64,000 nt of DNA, from contig CAVUWA010000004.1 of NCBI GenBank assembly GCA_963744995.1, positions 128,001-192,000 of the forward strand. Direction: 5' to 3'. The notes under the pieces are model-generated. The model was given only the letters and a program-made list of their open reading frames with translations. It was not told the DNA's origin and made no database searches. Below are positions 41,704 through 51,879 of the stretch, piece by piece; the stretch's first letter is position 1; each line of letters begins with the position of its first letter. Source of the DNA: Candidatus Eiseniibacteriota bacterium (lineage in GTDB: Bacteria; Eisenbacteria; RBG-16-71-46). Both the position numbers and the translations under genes were made by a program.

Positions 41704-44211
41704 ATGATCGGAACCAGCATCGACCGCTTCCGCATCCTCGGCCGGATCGGCCAGGGCGGGATGGGCTCCGTGTGGAGGGCGGAAGACACGCTGCTGCACC
41801 GGCCGGTGGCGCTCAAGCTGCTCGCCGAAGATCTCGCCGCATCGCCGGCGGCGCGGGCCCGGTTCCTCCGCGAGGCGCGCGCCGCCGCTTCGCTGAGCCA
41901 TCCTCACGTCGCGGCCGTTTACGGCGCCGGCGTTTCGGAGCCGCACGTCTTCATCGCCCTCGCCCTGATCGAGGGCGAAACGGTGGCCGAGTGCGCGGCG
42001 CGCGCGCCGTTCGAGATTCACGATGCCATCCGCCTGGGCATCGCCGTGGCCGAGGCTCTGGGCCACGCGCACAGTCGCGGGGTGATCCACCGCGACGTCA
42101 CCAGTCGCAACATCATGCTCGATCGCAACGGCCGCGTGTTCGTGCTCGATTTCGGGCTCGCGCTCATGGTGGATCACACGCGTCTCACCTCCACGATGAC
42201 GTCCATGGGGACCGCGGCGTACATGGCACCGGAGGCGGTGCTCGGGACCGACGCCGGTCCGGGGGCCGATCTCTACGGGCTCGGGGTAGTGCTGTACGAG
42301 ACACTGACGGGCACGCTGCCGTTTCGGCACGAGCGCCCGGAAGCGCTGCTCTATGCGGCCGTGCATGAGGCGCCCGAACCCCCGGGATTGCGCCGCCCGG
42401 GGCTGCCGCGCGAACTCGAAGCGATCGTGATGCGCCTGCTGGAGAAATCCTCCGAAGCGCGCCACCCGAACGCGGACGCGCTGATCGCCGATCTGCGCGC
42501 CGTGCCGGGGTACGCTCCGGGCGCGCGCGTGGACCACGCGCTCATCGCCTCGGGAACGCGCGCAAGCGCGGTGAGCGTGCGCGATCGTGCGCTGGCGGTC
42601 GTTCCCTTTCGTGATCAATCCGGGGATGACGCGCCGCCGGCGGCGGGCGCCCTGGCGGCAGGGCTTTCGGACGTGGTCCACGCTGCGCTCGCGCGCGCAC
42701 CGGGTCTCGAGGTCATCCCGCTGCAGGGAACAGAGGGGACGCACGACGCGGCGCTCGCCCGGCAGCAGGCACGTGCGATCGGGGCGCGCATGATGCTCGG
42801 CGGATCCGTGCGGCGGCTTGGAGCCCGGGTGCGGCTCGCGTACACGCTGATGGATGTCACGACCGGCACGACCGTCGCCGGCGAGACGATCGACGGGGTT
42901 GCGGACGAGGTGTTCGATCTCGAAGACCGGTTAATCCGAAGCCTGCTCGCCGCACTCGACGCCGGGTCGCGACCGACGGCGACCGGCAGGAAGCCGCACG
43001 ATCCTGCGGCCCACCGGAGCTACGTTCAGGCGCTCGCCGCGCTGCGGAGAACCGACGATCCCGCTTCGGTCGATGCGGCCATCGAGCGGCTCGAGTCGCT
43101 GCGGGATACGCAGCCGGACTCGGCGACGATTTACTCCGCGCTCGGCCGGGCGTACGGGATCAAATATGCGCTTCGCGCCGGACGCGAGTGGGAGATCCGC
43201 GCCGCGGAGGCCTGCCAGCGCGCCCTCGAGCTGGACCCGCATGCGCCCGAAGTGTTCGTGACGCTCGGCGAGCTGCATCTTTCGACCGGGCGCAGCGACG
43301 AGTCCGTTCGTGCGTTCGAACAGGCCATCGAGATCCGGCCGGAGTATCCGGAGGCGTGGTCTGGACTGTCGCTGGCCTTGCTCCGCGCCAACCGGTTCGA
43401 AGATGCCGAGGAAGCCTGCCGCCGCACGATCGCACTGCGGCCCAACGACTGGCTGGGGTACAACCGACTCGGACTTGTCCTGTTCCGGCAGGGACGCTTC
43501 GAGGCCGCGGCGGAGCCGTGGCGGATGGCGACGCGCCTGGCGCCGGACAATTCGCTCGTTCATCTCAACCTGGCCGGCGCCTACTTCAATACCGACCGCT
43601 GGGACGAAGCCGAGGTCCAGTACCGGCGCTCGCTCGAGATCAAGCCGACATCCGGCGCGTGGGCCGGGCTCGGTTCGGTGCTCTATTACAGGGGCGAGGT
43701 CGCGGCGGCGCTCGACGCCTTCGAGCAGGCCGTCGCGCTGGATCCTGACGATGCGCGCATGTGGGGAAATCTTGCGAACGCCTGTGATCTGCTTCCCGGC
43801 CAGGAGGTGCGCGGCGCGGAAGCGCTCGATCGGGCGATCGACCTGATGCTCGATCATCTGGAGATCAACCCCAACCTCGCCGAAGACTGGGCGCTGCTCG
43901 CCAAGTGGCGGGCGGATCGCCGGCAGGTGGAGCCGGCCGTGAAGGCGATCGAGCGGGCGCTCGCGCTTTCTCCCGAGGACGCGTCCGTGATGGGGGAGGC
44001 GATCGTCGTGTACCACACGCTGGGCGACCGGCTGGCCGCGCTGCACTGGACGGGGGAAGCCGTCTCCCGTGGCTACGGCGTCGAGGTGCTCAGGCGCAAC
44101 CCCGCGCTGGCCGGCCTCGTCGCGGATCCGGAATTCGCACGTGTCATCGAAACGCGCTCCGCGACCGCGGGGCGAGAGCAGCACGACCATCCACCGAAAG
44201 GATCGCCATGA
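41704..44211 (+). CDS. Hanks-type protein kinase with TolB-N-like and TPR domains
   Basis: GQGGMG, VALK, HRD, DFG, GTAAYMAPE; LAVVPF module; TPR repeats. Confidence 0.92.
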   Translation: MIGTSIDRFRILGRIGQGGMGSVWRAEDTLLHRPVALKLLAEDLAASPAARARFLREARAAASLSHPHVAAVYGAGVSEPHVFIALALIEGETVAECAARAPFEIHDAIRLGIAVAEALGHAHSRGVIHRDVTSRNIMLDRNGRVFVLDFGLALMVDHTRLTSTMTSMGTAAYMAPEAVLGTDAGPGADLYGLGVVLYETLTGTLPFRHERPEALLYAAVHEAPEPPGLRRPGLPRELEAIVMRLLEKSSEARHPNADALIADLRAVPGYAPGARVDHALIASGTRASAVSVRDRALAVVPFRDQSGDDAPPAAGALAAGLSDVVHAALARAPGLEVIPLQGTEGTHDAALARQQARAIGARMMLGGSVRRLGARVRLAYTLMDVTTGTTVAGETIDGVADEVFDLEDRLIRSLLAALDAGSRPTATGRKPHDPAAHRSYVQALAALRRTDDPASVDAAIERLESLRDTQPDSATIYSALGRAYGIKYALRAGREWEIRAAEACQRALELDPHAPEVFVTLGELHLSTGRSDESVRAFEQAIEIRPEYPEAWSGLSLALLRANRFEDAEEACRRTIALRPNDWLGYNRLGLVLFRQGRFEAAAEPWRMATRLAPDNSLVHLNLAGAYFNTDRWDEAEVQYRRSLEIKPTSGAWAGLGSVLYYRGEVAAALDAFEQAVALDPDDARMWGNLANACDLLPGQEVRGAEALDRAIDLMLDHLEINPNLAEDWALLAKWRADRRQVEPAVKAIERALALSPEDASVMGEAIVVYHTLGDRLAALHWTGEAVSRGYGVEVLRRNPALAGLVADPEFARVIETRSATAGREQHDHPPKGSP

Positions 44212-44705
44212 AGATGCGCACGGAACAAGGCATGCCGGGCGGGACGGACAGCAGGTCCCGCGAGTCGCGCTTCAACCCGACGTGGATGCTGATCGCGCTG
44301 CTGGTGACGCTGGTCTCGATGGCGGTCGGATGCGGCGGCGCGAAGCAGTCGCCGCCGGCCGAGCAGAACGCCATGGATGGGGCAGCGGCCGACGCGACCA
44401 GCCCGATCGCATTGAGCTGGAGCCCGCAGGACAGCTGCGTGAACTTCACTCCCTTGAACAGCACCATCCACCTGGGCGACCGGGTCAACTTCACCTCCAG
44501 CGTGGGCGAGACGGTCTGGGTCACCGTCGCGGCCGGATTGTTCAGCGCGAACGACACCACCTTCGTCGTGACGCGCGGCGGCAACCAGACGTCGCCGATC
44601 GCCCGGGCAGTCGGGACCTATGGACTGAGTTCGAGCCCAACCGCCTGCGCCTCGGACGAGCTGGGCGGCGGCCCGTCGATCGTCGTGGGTTCCGGAGAAA
44701 ACTAG
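44208..44705 (+). CDS. Hypothetical lipoprotein
   Basis: ATGA overlap with the kinase; hydrophobic stretch ending AVGC lipobox. Confidence 0.65.
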   Translation: MKMRTEQGMPGGTDSRSRESRFNPTWMLIALLVTLVSMAVGCGGAKQSPPAEQNAMDGAAADATSPIALSWSPQDSCVNFTPLNSTIHLGDRVNFTSSVGETVWVTVAAGLFSANDTTFVVTRGGNQTSPIARAVGTYGLSSSPTACASDELGGGPSIVVGSGEN

Positions 44706-44772
44706 GTCGCCGCAGAACGTCTGGCCGGTACAGACCTGCCCGAGCGCGCGTGCGTTCGGGCAGGGGGCCGCC

Positions 44773-45405
44773 TCAGGCGCGATGGAGAACGCGGCGCCGG
44801 GCCACCAGCACCCAGGCGCGGGCGTCGCCGTGGATGCCCTGATCGAAGCTCGTCGATGTCAGTTCGAGGATCTCGAAGTGGGGCTCCACGGCCGCGACGA
44901 TCTCGCTGGCGCTGCGCCGCGGCGGACCGGTATCACGGGGCGGGCCATCGGTGGAGCCGATGAGGCTGTGCCAGATCCCTTCGGGGGCGAGCAGCGTCGC
45001 GATCCGCGAGGCGAATCGCGAGCGCTCGGCGGCGCCGTCGAAGACGTGAAAGCAGCCGCGATCGTAGACGAATGCGCAGGGCGCGCCGGGGATTTCATCG
45101 GCCAGGAAGTCGCTCGCCAGAAAACGACACGCAACCCCGGACGCCGCGGCCTTCTCATTCGCCCTGGCGATCGCGGTCGGGGAGAGGTCGAGTCCGGTGA
45201 CCTCGAAGCCCTGCTGCGCGAGCCAGATCGAGTTCGTGCCGGTGCCGCAGCCGATTTCGATCGCTTTGCCGGGCTTGATCCCGTGCCGCTCGATCACGCC
45301 CGCGAGGTGCCCGTCCGGCTCGCCACTGTCCCAGGGCAGGTCGTGATCCACGTAACGTTGATCCCAGCCCGCCCGGTCCGTGGGTCGTTTTCGCACTTCG
45401 TTCAC
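44773..45405 (-). CDS. Class I SAM-dependent methyltransferase (TPMT-like)
   Basis: WDQRY..PWD, EIGCGTG, GLDLS, YDRGCFH. Confidence 0.88.
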   Translation of the reverse strand: MNEVRKRPTDRAGWDQRYVDHDLPWDSGEPDGHLAGVIERHGIKPGKAIEIGCGTGTNSIWLAQQGFEVTGLDLSPTAIARANEKAAASGVACRFLASDFLADEIPGAPCAFVYDRGCFHVFDGAAERSRFASRIATLLAPEGIWHSLIGSTDGPPRDTGPPRRSASEIVAAVEPHFEILELTSTSFDQGIHGDARAWVLVARRRVLHRA

Positions 45406-45591
45406 ACAGCCTCCTTGTCTCCCGTCGCTCCGGGAATGCCGGCGACCCTACCGCATGCCGGCATGTGAGGAGTATCGCTCCCGCGGCCGTCTTGCGTCGC
45501 CGGCCCGTGCGGCGGCGCCGATCGCGTACGGACTGGCAGCGCACGAAACATCCGGGCTAAGGTGACGCTCCTTTCGTCCCGAGACCGACCC

Positions 45592-46897
45592 ATGAGCACT
45601 CATCCCACATCCACCGGCATGGCAGCGCCCCCTGAGCCTCCCACCCGGCTCATGAACCGGAACTTCTTCCTGCTCTGGCAGGGCCAGCTGGTGAGCCAGG
45701 TGGGCAATCAGATGTTCATGGTGGCGATGATGTTCTGGACCATGCACGCCACCGGTTCGGCCAGCCTGATGGGTCTCCTGCTGACCTTCAGCACGCTGCC
45801 GGGCGTGCTGCTCAGCCCGCTGGGCGGAACGTTCGCGGACCGCCATTCCCGCAAGACGATCATCGTGGTCTCCGACGTGCTGGCGGGGCTCAGCGTGCTG
45901 GTCGCGACGCTGCTGTTCTCGATCCGCGGCGTTCCGACCGGAGTCCTGATCGCCGCGCTGTTCGTGCTCGCGGTGGTGGGCGGCGTGATCCAGGCGTTCT
46001 TCCGCCCGGCGATCGCCGCCGCGGTTCCGGACCTGGTCCCCAGGGACCGGATCGAAGCCGGGAAACGCGTTCAACTCGTTCTCGCTCGAGTTCTCCGCGA
46101 TCCTCGGGCAGAGCGCGGGCGGCCTGCTGTACGCATGGCTGGGCGCGCCACTGCTGTTCCTGATCGACGGGCTGTCGTTCCTGTTCTCGGCCGCCAGCGA
46201 GTGTTTCATCGTCATCCCGCAGAAGCCGCGGGCGGCCACGGCGGAAGGCGCGGGACCCGGCACCTTCCGGCGGGATCTGGTGGAGGGTCTGAAGTACGTC
46301 TGGTCGCACCGGGGGATGCGGGAGTTCCTGGTGATGGTCGCCATCGTGAACCTGATGCTGATGCCGATCATGGTGATGCTGCCGTTCTTCGTGGACCTGA
46401 AGCTCCACCAGGGTCCCGCCTGGTACGGCTTCCTGCTGGCCTCGGTCAGCGTCGGCGCGCTGATCGGTTTCGCGATGGCCGGCGCGGCGAGGCTGCGGGG
46501 ACGGCGTCGAAGCCACGCGCTGATCGTCATGCTGGTCGTGCTGGGCGGGGCCTCCGCCGTGCTGGGCTTCGTCCACCACCCGCTGCTCGCCGCCGGCGTG
46601 ATGCTGGTGATGGGGATCCAGACCGGAATGTTCAACATTCAGGTGCTCACCATCTTCCAGACCGCGAGCCCGAGCGAGATCCGCGGCCGGGTCATGGGGC
46701 TCGTCACGACGATGGCGATGGGGATGGCGCCGATCGGCATGGCGGCCGGTGGCGTTCTCGGTGACCTGACGGGGAAGAACATTCCGTTGATCTACGGAGC
46801 GTGCGGCGCCATGGTCGCCCTGGCCGCCGCCATCCTGGGCGTCCGTCGCGAACTGCTCGACTTCCTGGCGTACGAGGCGCCGGCGGAGTCCGAGTAG
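45592..46897 (+). CDS. MFS transporter (DHA3/macrolide efflux-like), frameshift near 46062
   Basis: NRNFFLLWQGQLVSQVG, GTFADRHSRK; second half RGRVMG in another frame. Confidence 0.82.
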
Positions 46898-47097
46898 CGA
46901 GGTCACCGATTTCCGAGCGGGCAGGCTGCGGCCCACCAGCTTCTGCGGCGATGGCCGGGGTCGGTGGCCACGTGGACGCATGACGGGCCATACGTCTTCT
47001 TCGCCGTCCAGAACATCAACGGCGACATGGCCATCTCGATGCGGCACCGCAAGTGTGAATCGACGAACGACGTGCCCGCCCCATGGCGCTCCGGGCC

Positions 47098-50000
47098 CTA
47101 CTTCAAGAGCATGAGCTTGCGCTGGCCGGATCCCTGGGGCGTTCGTGCGCGTACGAAGTACACCCCTGCGGGCACGCTCCGACCCTCGGCGTCGAGACCG
47201 TCCCACACGATGCGATTCTCGCCCGGGGGACGAACGCCGTGCACCAGGGTGATCACACGGCGCCCGTGCACATCCCAGACGCCGACGTCCACCGGACCCT
47301 CGGTGCTCACCGAGTAGGTGACCGTGGTCTCCCGATCGAGCGGGTTCGGAACGACGGACTTCACGATCACCGGCCGCCCGATCGCGGATGGCGCGGGAAC
47401 GGACACCGGGCTCATTGCGCTGCGGCACGCCTCGAGCGTGGGCAAGGCGTAGCTCTGCGTCAGCCACGGCGAGTGCGGGAAGAACGGAGACGCGCCGGCG
47501 ACTCGCGCGCGCCAGGTGTAGGGCGCGTCGTCCACCGGCAGATTCACGGTTCGCTCCAGGGGGACGTAGCTGCCGAGCACGGGGTCTGCGGCGCCGGTGT
47601 CGTGCCACGGCTCGAGTGTTCCGACGTCAGCGTGGGCCGTGCCGAGTTCCGCCACCGACCACTCCAGGCGCACGTGCGTGCGACCGGCCGCGCTGCGACC
47701 GCGCATCGTGAGCCGCATGGGATCGGTGGCGCGCCCCAGAAGCGGAATCGCGTCTCCAGCGTCGGTGACCTGACGCGGGTTCAGGGTCAGTTTCTCGGAC
47801 GGCTGGCTGCCGTTGCTCCTGAACACGAGCACCTCGCCTTCGTCCTGGTTCCAGCCGCTGGCTCCGACGATGACGTCGGGGAGTCCGTCGCCGTCGGTGT
47901 CACCCGCCGTCGCCACCTGGGTTCCCATGTGGACGTCGGTCCCGCCGCCGGTCGCCACGATGAGCCCCGGAAACTGGATTCCAGCGGGCGAACCCATGTA
48001 GAGGAACGCGGCGCCTTCTCTGCTTTCGGGAGCGGTGTACCAGATGGCCGACGTGAGCACGTCGCCGTAGCCGTCTCCGTTGACGTCGCCGGCGCCGGCG
48101 ACCCTGAAGCCGAAGACCGTATTGGTCTGGCTGGTCAACAGGCTGTCGCTCGGGGTGAGCGCCGGCCCGCCGGGGCCGCCGCGGAATATCCACACGATAC
48201 CTTCGCCCCCGAGGCTGTTGGTGTAGCCGGACGCTCCCGCGATCACTTCGGCATACCCGTCTCCGTCGATGTCGCCGGCACAGGCCACGGATTCGAGGTA
48301 GGCATAGGCCTGGCCTCCGACGATCTCCCAGTCGGGGACGAGCGACGGTCCGCCCGGTCCGCCCAGGAACACGTGCACGAGGCCTTCGAAGGGCATGCTG
48401 ACGTAACCATACCCATCGACGATGAGGTCGCTGTAGCCGTCGCCGTTCAGGTCTCCGGCGGCCGCGTCGCGGCCGTAGTACGAGCCGGCGCCGGCCCCTT
48501 CCGACGACCACGCGGGCGTGGAGGGCAGTCCGCTCGGGGACCCCAGGTAGACCCAGGCCTTGCCGATGGCCTGTGCAGGAACGGGCCATTCATCCGTGAA
48601 GATGACGACATCGGCATAGCCGTCACCGTTCACGTCACCTGCGTCCGCGACTCCGGCGAGGAGCTCGCCCGCGTTTTCTCCTTCGACGGTCCATGCTGGC
48701 GTCGAACTCAAGCCCGATGCGGATCCGAGGTAGCAGTACACGCGGCCGCGGTTGGTGAGGTCGACGCTGTAGCCGGCGGCGCTCACCAGCAGATCGTCGA
48801 AGCCGTCGCCATTCACGTCCCCCGCGCGGGAGAGCGACGTTCCGAACCTGTCGCCGGCGCTCTCGCCATCGAGGATCTGCGCCGGCCCTGCGGGCCCGGA
48901 GGGAGAGCCGTAGAACACCTCGACCCGGCCGCGATCGGCGCCGTTCAGGTCGTACTCGAACATGTCGACGGCGATGTCGTCGAAACCATCGCCGTTCAGG
49001 TCGCCGGCGCTGCATGCCGACAGGCCGCAACGCACATCGAACTGCCCCGGCGACTCGATGAACATGTAGGTATTCGCGGGGGGCTTGCCCTGCCCCGGAT
49101 AGATGCGCGCGATCCCTTCGTGCGTCTCGCCGTCGCTCTGGGCCGGAGAGCCGACCACCAGGTCGCCCAGCCCATCGCCGTTGAAGTCGCCGGCGGAGCC
49201 CACCGAGGTGCCCGTCTGTCCGTCGGCCTGCGTGTCCGTGAACCAGATGGCCGGGGAGGCCAACAGTCCGTACGTCACGTCTCCCAGAAAGACGGCGAAG
49301 GCGCCCGTGTCGAGCGTCGGAGTCCGGTCGGCCAGCGGAGCGCCGACGATGACGTCGGCCAGGCCGTCGCCGTTGACATCGCCCGCCGTGAACACCGAAG
49401 CACCGAAGCGCATGCGATCCTGGCAACCGAGCAGCGTCTGAACCGGTGCCGCGGTCGGACCGGCCGGGGATCCCGTATACAAATGAGCGGCGCCGACGGT
49501 GTCCGGATTCACGTAGTAGAACGGGGCGCCGACGACGACGTCCGAATACCCGTCGCCGTTCGCATCCCCCGCCAGCGAGACGGACGTCCCGAACCGGGAG
49601 TGCAGCGCTCCGAATTGATCCCACGCCGGACTGCCCGACACGCCGCTCGCAGACCCCAGGTACACGCGAGCCTCGCCCTGATGACCGAAGGCGCTGCTCT
49701 CGGCGTCCGGCGCGCCGACGATGACGTCATCGTACCCGTCGCCGTCGACGTCGCCGGCGGTGCAGACGGACGAGCCGAAGTGCGCGCCTTTCTGCCCGCC
49801 GACGAATCCCACCTGAAATCCGGTGGAGAGGCCCGAGGCCGAACCCAGGAATACATAGGCCGCGCCCTGCTCCTCGAACAGGGTCCCCGGAGCGCCGATG
49901 CCGGGCGCTCCGACGATCACATCGTCGTAGCCGTCGCCATTGACGTCGCCGGCGGTCGAGACCGACGCGCCGAATCGGGCGAGGGCGACGTCCAGCTCGA

Positions 50001-50517
50001 CGGACCAGCTCGGCGTGCTCGAGAGCCCTGCGGCGGAGCCGAGGTAGACGTAGGCGCGCCCCTCGAGAGATTCTCCGTTCGAATAGCCCGGCTCACCGAT
50101 GAGCACATCGTCGTAGCCGTCGCCATTCACGTCGCCGGCCGTCGAAACCGAAAGGCCATAGAGCGCATCGGTCCCGGTGCCGACCGCGAACCAGTCCGCT
50201 GTGGTCGAGCCCCCGGTCCTCGAGCCCATGAAGAGTTCGACTCGACCCTGGTTCATGTAGACGCCGTCCTTGAGCGGCATGCCTACGAGCACGTCGCTGA
50301 AGCCATCGCCGTTGACGTCACCGGCGGTGCCCACCGCCTGGCCGAACGAGGCATTGGCCTCATTCGACTCGCTCTGCCAGATCGCGGCGCCCATGATGCT
50401 GTAGGGGGCGGGGCCGCCCCCGCTGCATTGGGCCGTGGCCGTGGTCGCGCGGGCGAGGGAGCCGGCGAGCACGGCCATGCAGACGATCCAGAAGCGAATT
50501 CGATGCGTCGTCGGCAT
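47098..50517 (-). CDS. FG-GAP (integrin-alpha-like) repeat protein with FlgD-Ig/T9SS-like tail
   Basis: Many AGDVNGDGYxDVxVGAP repeats; tail PNP..WDVHGRRV..WDG..GVYFVR; start 50517 or 50565. Confidence 0.9.
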   Translation of the reverse strand: MPTTHRIRFWIVCMAVLAGSLARATTATAQCSGGGPAPYSIMGAAIWQSESNEANASFGQAVGTAGDVNGDGFSDVLVGMPLKDGVYMNQGRVELFMGSRTGGSTTADWFAVGTGTDALYGLSVSTAGDVNGDGYDDVLIGEPGYSNGESLEGRAYVYLGSAAGLSSTPSWSVELDVALARFGASVSTAGDVNGDGYDDVIVGAPGIGAPGTLFEEQGAAYVFLGSASGLSTGFQVGFVGGQKGAHFGSSVCTAGDVDGDGYDDVIVGAPDAESSAFGHQGEARVYLGSASGVSGSPAWDQFGALHSRFGTSVSLAGDANGDGYSDVVVGAPFYYVNPDTVGAAHLYTGSPAGPTAAPVQTLLGCQDRMRFGASVFTAGDVNGDGLADVIVGAPLADRTPTLDTGAFAVFLGDVTYGLLASPAIWFTDTQADGQTGTSVGSAGDFNGDGLGDLVVGSPAQSDGETHEGIARIYPGQGKPPANTYMFIESPGQFDVRCGLSACSAGDLNGDGFDDIAVDMFEYDLNGADRGRVEVFYGSPSGPAGPAQILDGESAGDRFGTSLSRAGDVNGDGFDDLLVSAAGYSVDLTNRGRVYCYLGSASGLSSTPAWTVEGENAGELLAGVADAGDVNGDGYADVVIFTDEWPVPAQAIGKAWVYLGSPSGLPSTPAWSSEGAGAGSYYGRDAAAGDLNGDGYSDLIVDGYGYVSMPFEGLVHVFLGGPGGPSLVPDWEIVGGQAYAYLESVACAGDIDGDGYAEVIAGASGYTNSLGGEGIVWIFRGGPGGPALTPSDSLLTSQTNTVFGFRVAGAGDVNGDGYGDVLTSAIWYTAPESREGAAFLYMGSPAGIQFPGLIVATGGGTDVHMGTQVATAGDTDGDGLPDVIVGASGWNQDEGEVLVFRSNGSQPSEKLTLNPRQVTDAGDAIPLLGRATDPMRLTMRGRSAAGRTHVRLEWSVAELGTAHADVGTLEPWHDTGAADPVLGSYVPLERTVNLPVDDAPYTWRARVAGASPFFPHSPWLTQSYALPTLEACRSAMSPVSVPAPSAIGRPVIVKSVVPNPLDRETTVTYSVSTEGPVDVGVWDVHGRRVITLVHGVRPPGENRIVWDGLDAEGRSVPAGVYFVRARTPQGSGQRKLMLLK

Positions 50518-50784
50518 GCGGCACCTCGGGAGGCCAGTTGCAGTCATGGCGGCGGACGATCGCATGGCGCGCCATCCACCTTCCGAAACAGACAGGTGGG
50601 ACCCGTGGGGAACCGCGGGAATTGTACCAAGCGAAGCGGCGTTCCGAACCAGTATCGACGGGTGCCCCCTGAATACGTGGGGGCTCGCCGAGCGCGATTG
50701 TTGTCTAGGTTTGCGAAGTGAAGTTTTCCGGACCGGCCCGCCACCAGGACACCTGAGTGGAGTGGGCACGGAGGGAGGTGGGTT

Positions 50785-50841
50785 TGGTGCCGGAGGCGGG
50801 GGTCGAACCCGCACTCGGTTGCCCGAACGGGATTTTGAGTC
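50785..50841 (-). tRNA. 3' half of tRNA-Leu(CAA), truncated; probable att site
   Basis: GACTCAAAATCCCGTTCGGGCAACCGAGTGCGGGTTCGACCCCCGCCTCCGGCACCA has anticodon loop, long variable arm, T arm and CCA; no 5' acceptor strand or D arm upstream. Confidence 0.85.
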
Positions 50842-51118
50842 GGCCAGCCGGGGGTGGACTGGTGGCGGCGAACGGGTACAAGCGGGCACACGTGGCCACG
50901 ATGCGCGAACGCGGTGATGGCGCTTGGTGCCGTTCGAAACCGATGGTGCGCGGTGGTTCGAGCACAGAACGAGCACAGGGTGGCTGTCTAGCACCTGGTC
51001 TGCCCACGCGCGCGGGCGCCGGCAGGGCGCCTTCTTCTCTGGATACTGCCGCGCGCAGCCGCTAGATTCGCGACGGCTGCCACACGCCGATCCTATTGAT
51101 CCCCATGAGAGGAAGCGC

Positions 51119-51835
51119 GTGACTCTCCTGACGACTGAGATTCACAACCACGACGACAAGAACAATGCGCTGATCGTCTACGCCGCTGATAGGCGGCTCT
51201 CCCGCTCCGATGGGAGTGCGGGACCCGAGCGCGTCAAGGTGATGCGGATCAGCGGCCTCAACGGCGGGATTGGCTACTTTGGGCTGGCTCAGGTGCCAGC
51301 TGGCACCACCTTGACGTTCATGGACGACTGGCTGGCAGAGTTCATGATCTCGCGACCGTCCTGGGCGTCGCTGCGAGAATTCGCAGCCGCCCTTGCAGTT
51401 GCATTGAACGCCGCCGTTCCGAAGGACTGGCGCGAATCGACAGCCTCAGGGCTCCATGTGGCGGGCTTCGAGCCAGATGGGCGAATCGAGTTTTGGTACG
51501 TGCGGAACATCGATGATCGCGGAGAGCCCACCCTTGGAGGGTATCAGGCGCGCGAGGACTTTCAGCGGGAGCACGCCCCCATGGTGCCCGAGAACGGCTA
51601 CTGGATCTACCGCAACGGTGACATCCGGGCTCATGTTGCAGCGTGGAGCGAGATCGACGAGTCGCTTGGCCGACTTCTGGGAACGCCTCACTTCCGCGTC
51701 CTAAGGACGCCAGCTGATTACGTCGAGTGGGTGAAGTTCAAGATGGAAACGATAGCAGGCTTTTACGAGACGTTCGCAACGCGGTCCATCATAGCGCGCC
51801 CCGTCGATGCCTTCGTGATTACGCCCCAAGTCTGA
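51119..51835 (+). CDS. Hypothetical protein with Ntn-hydrolase/proteasome-beta-like N-terminus
   Basis: GTG after GAGAGG; (M)TLL...IVYAADRR...KV pattern. Confidence 0.6.
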   Translation: MTLLTTEIHNHDDKNNALIVYAADRRLSRSDGSAGPERVKVMRISGLNGGIGYFGLAQVPAGTTLTFMDDWLAEFMISRPSWASLREFAAALAVALNAAVPKDWRESTASGLHVAGFEPDGRIEFWYVRNIDDRGEPTLGGYQAREDFQREHAPMVPENGYWIYRNGDIRAHVAAWSEIDESLGRLLGTPHFRVLRTPADYVEWVKFKMETIAGFYETFATRSIIARPVDAFVITPQV

Positions 51836-51879
51836 GGTCGCTACCTCGGCAGGGTGCGTTTGAATCTAGCGGAGATCTC

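Noticed and set aside
47083..50721. 1212-aa plus-strand ORF
   Set aside because: Antisense shadow of the FG-GAP protein
50785..50870. Intact tRNA-Leu gene
   Set aside because: No 5' acceptor strand (GCCGGAG) or D arm upstream of the anticodon stem
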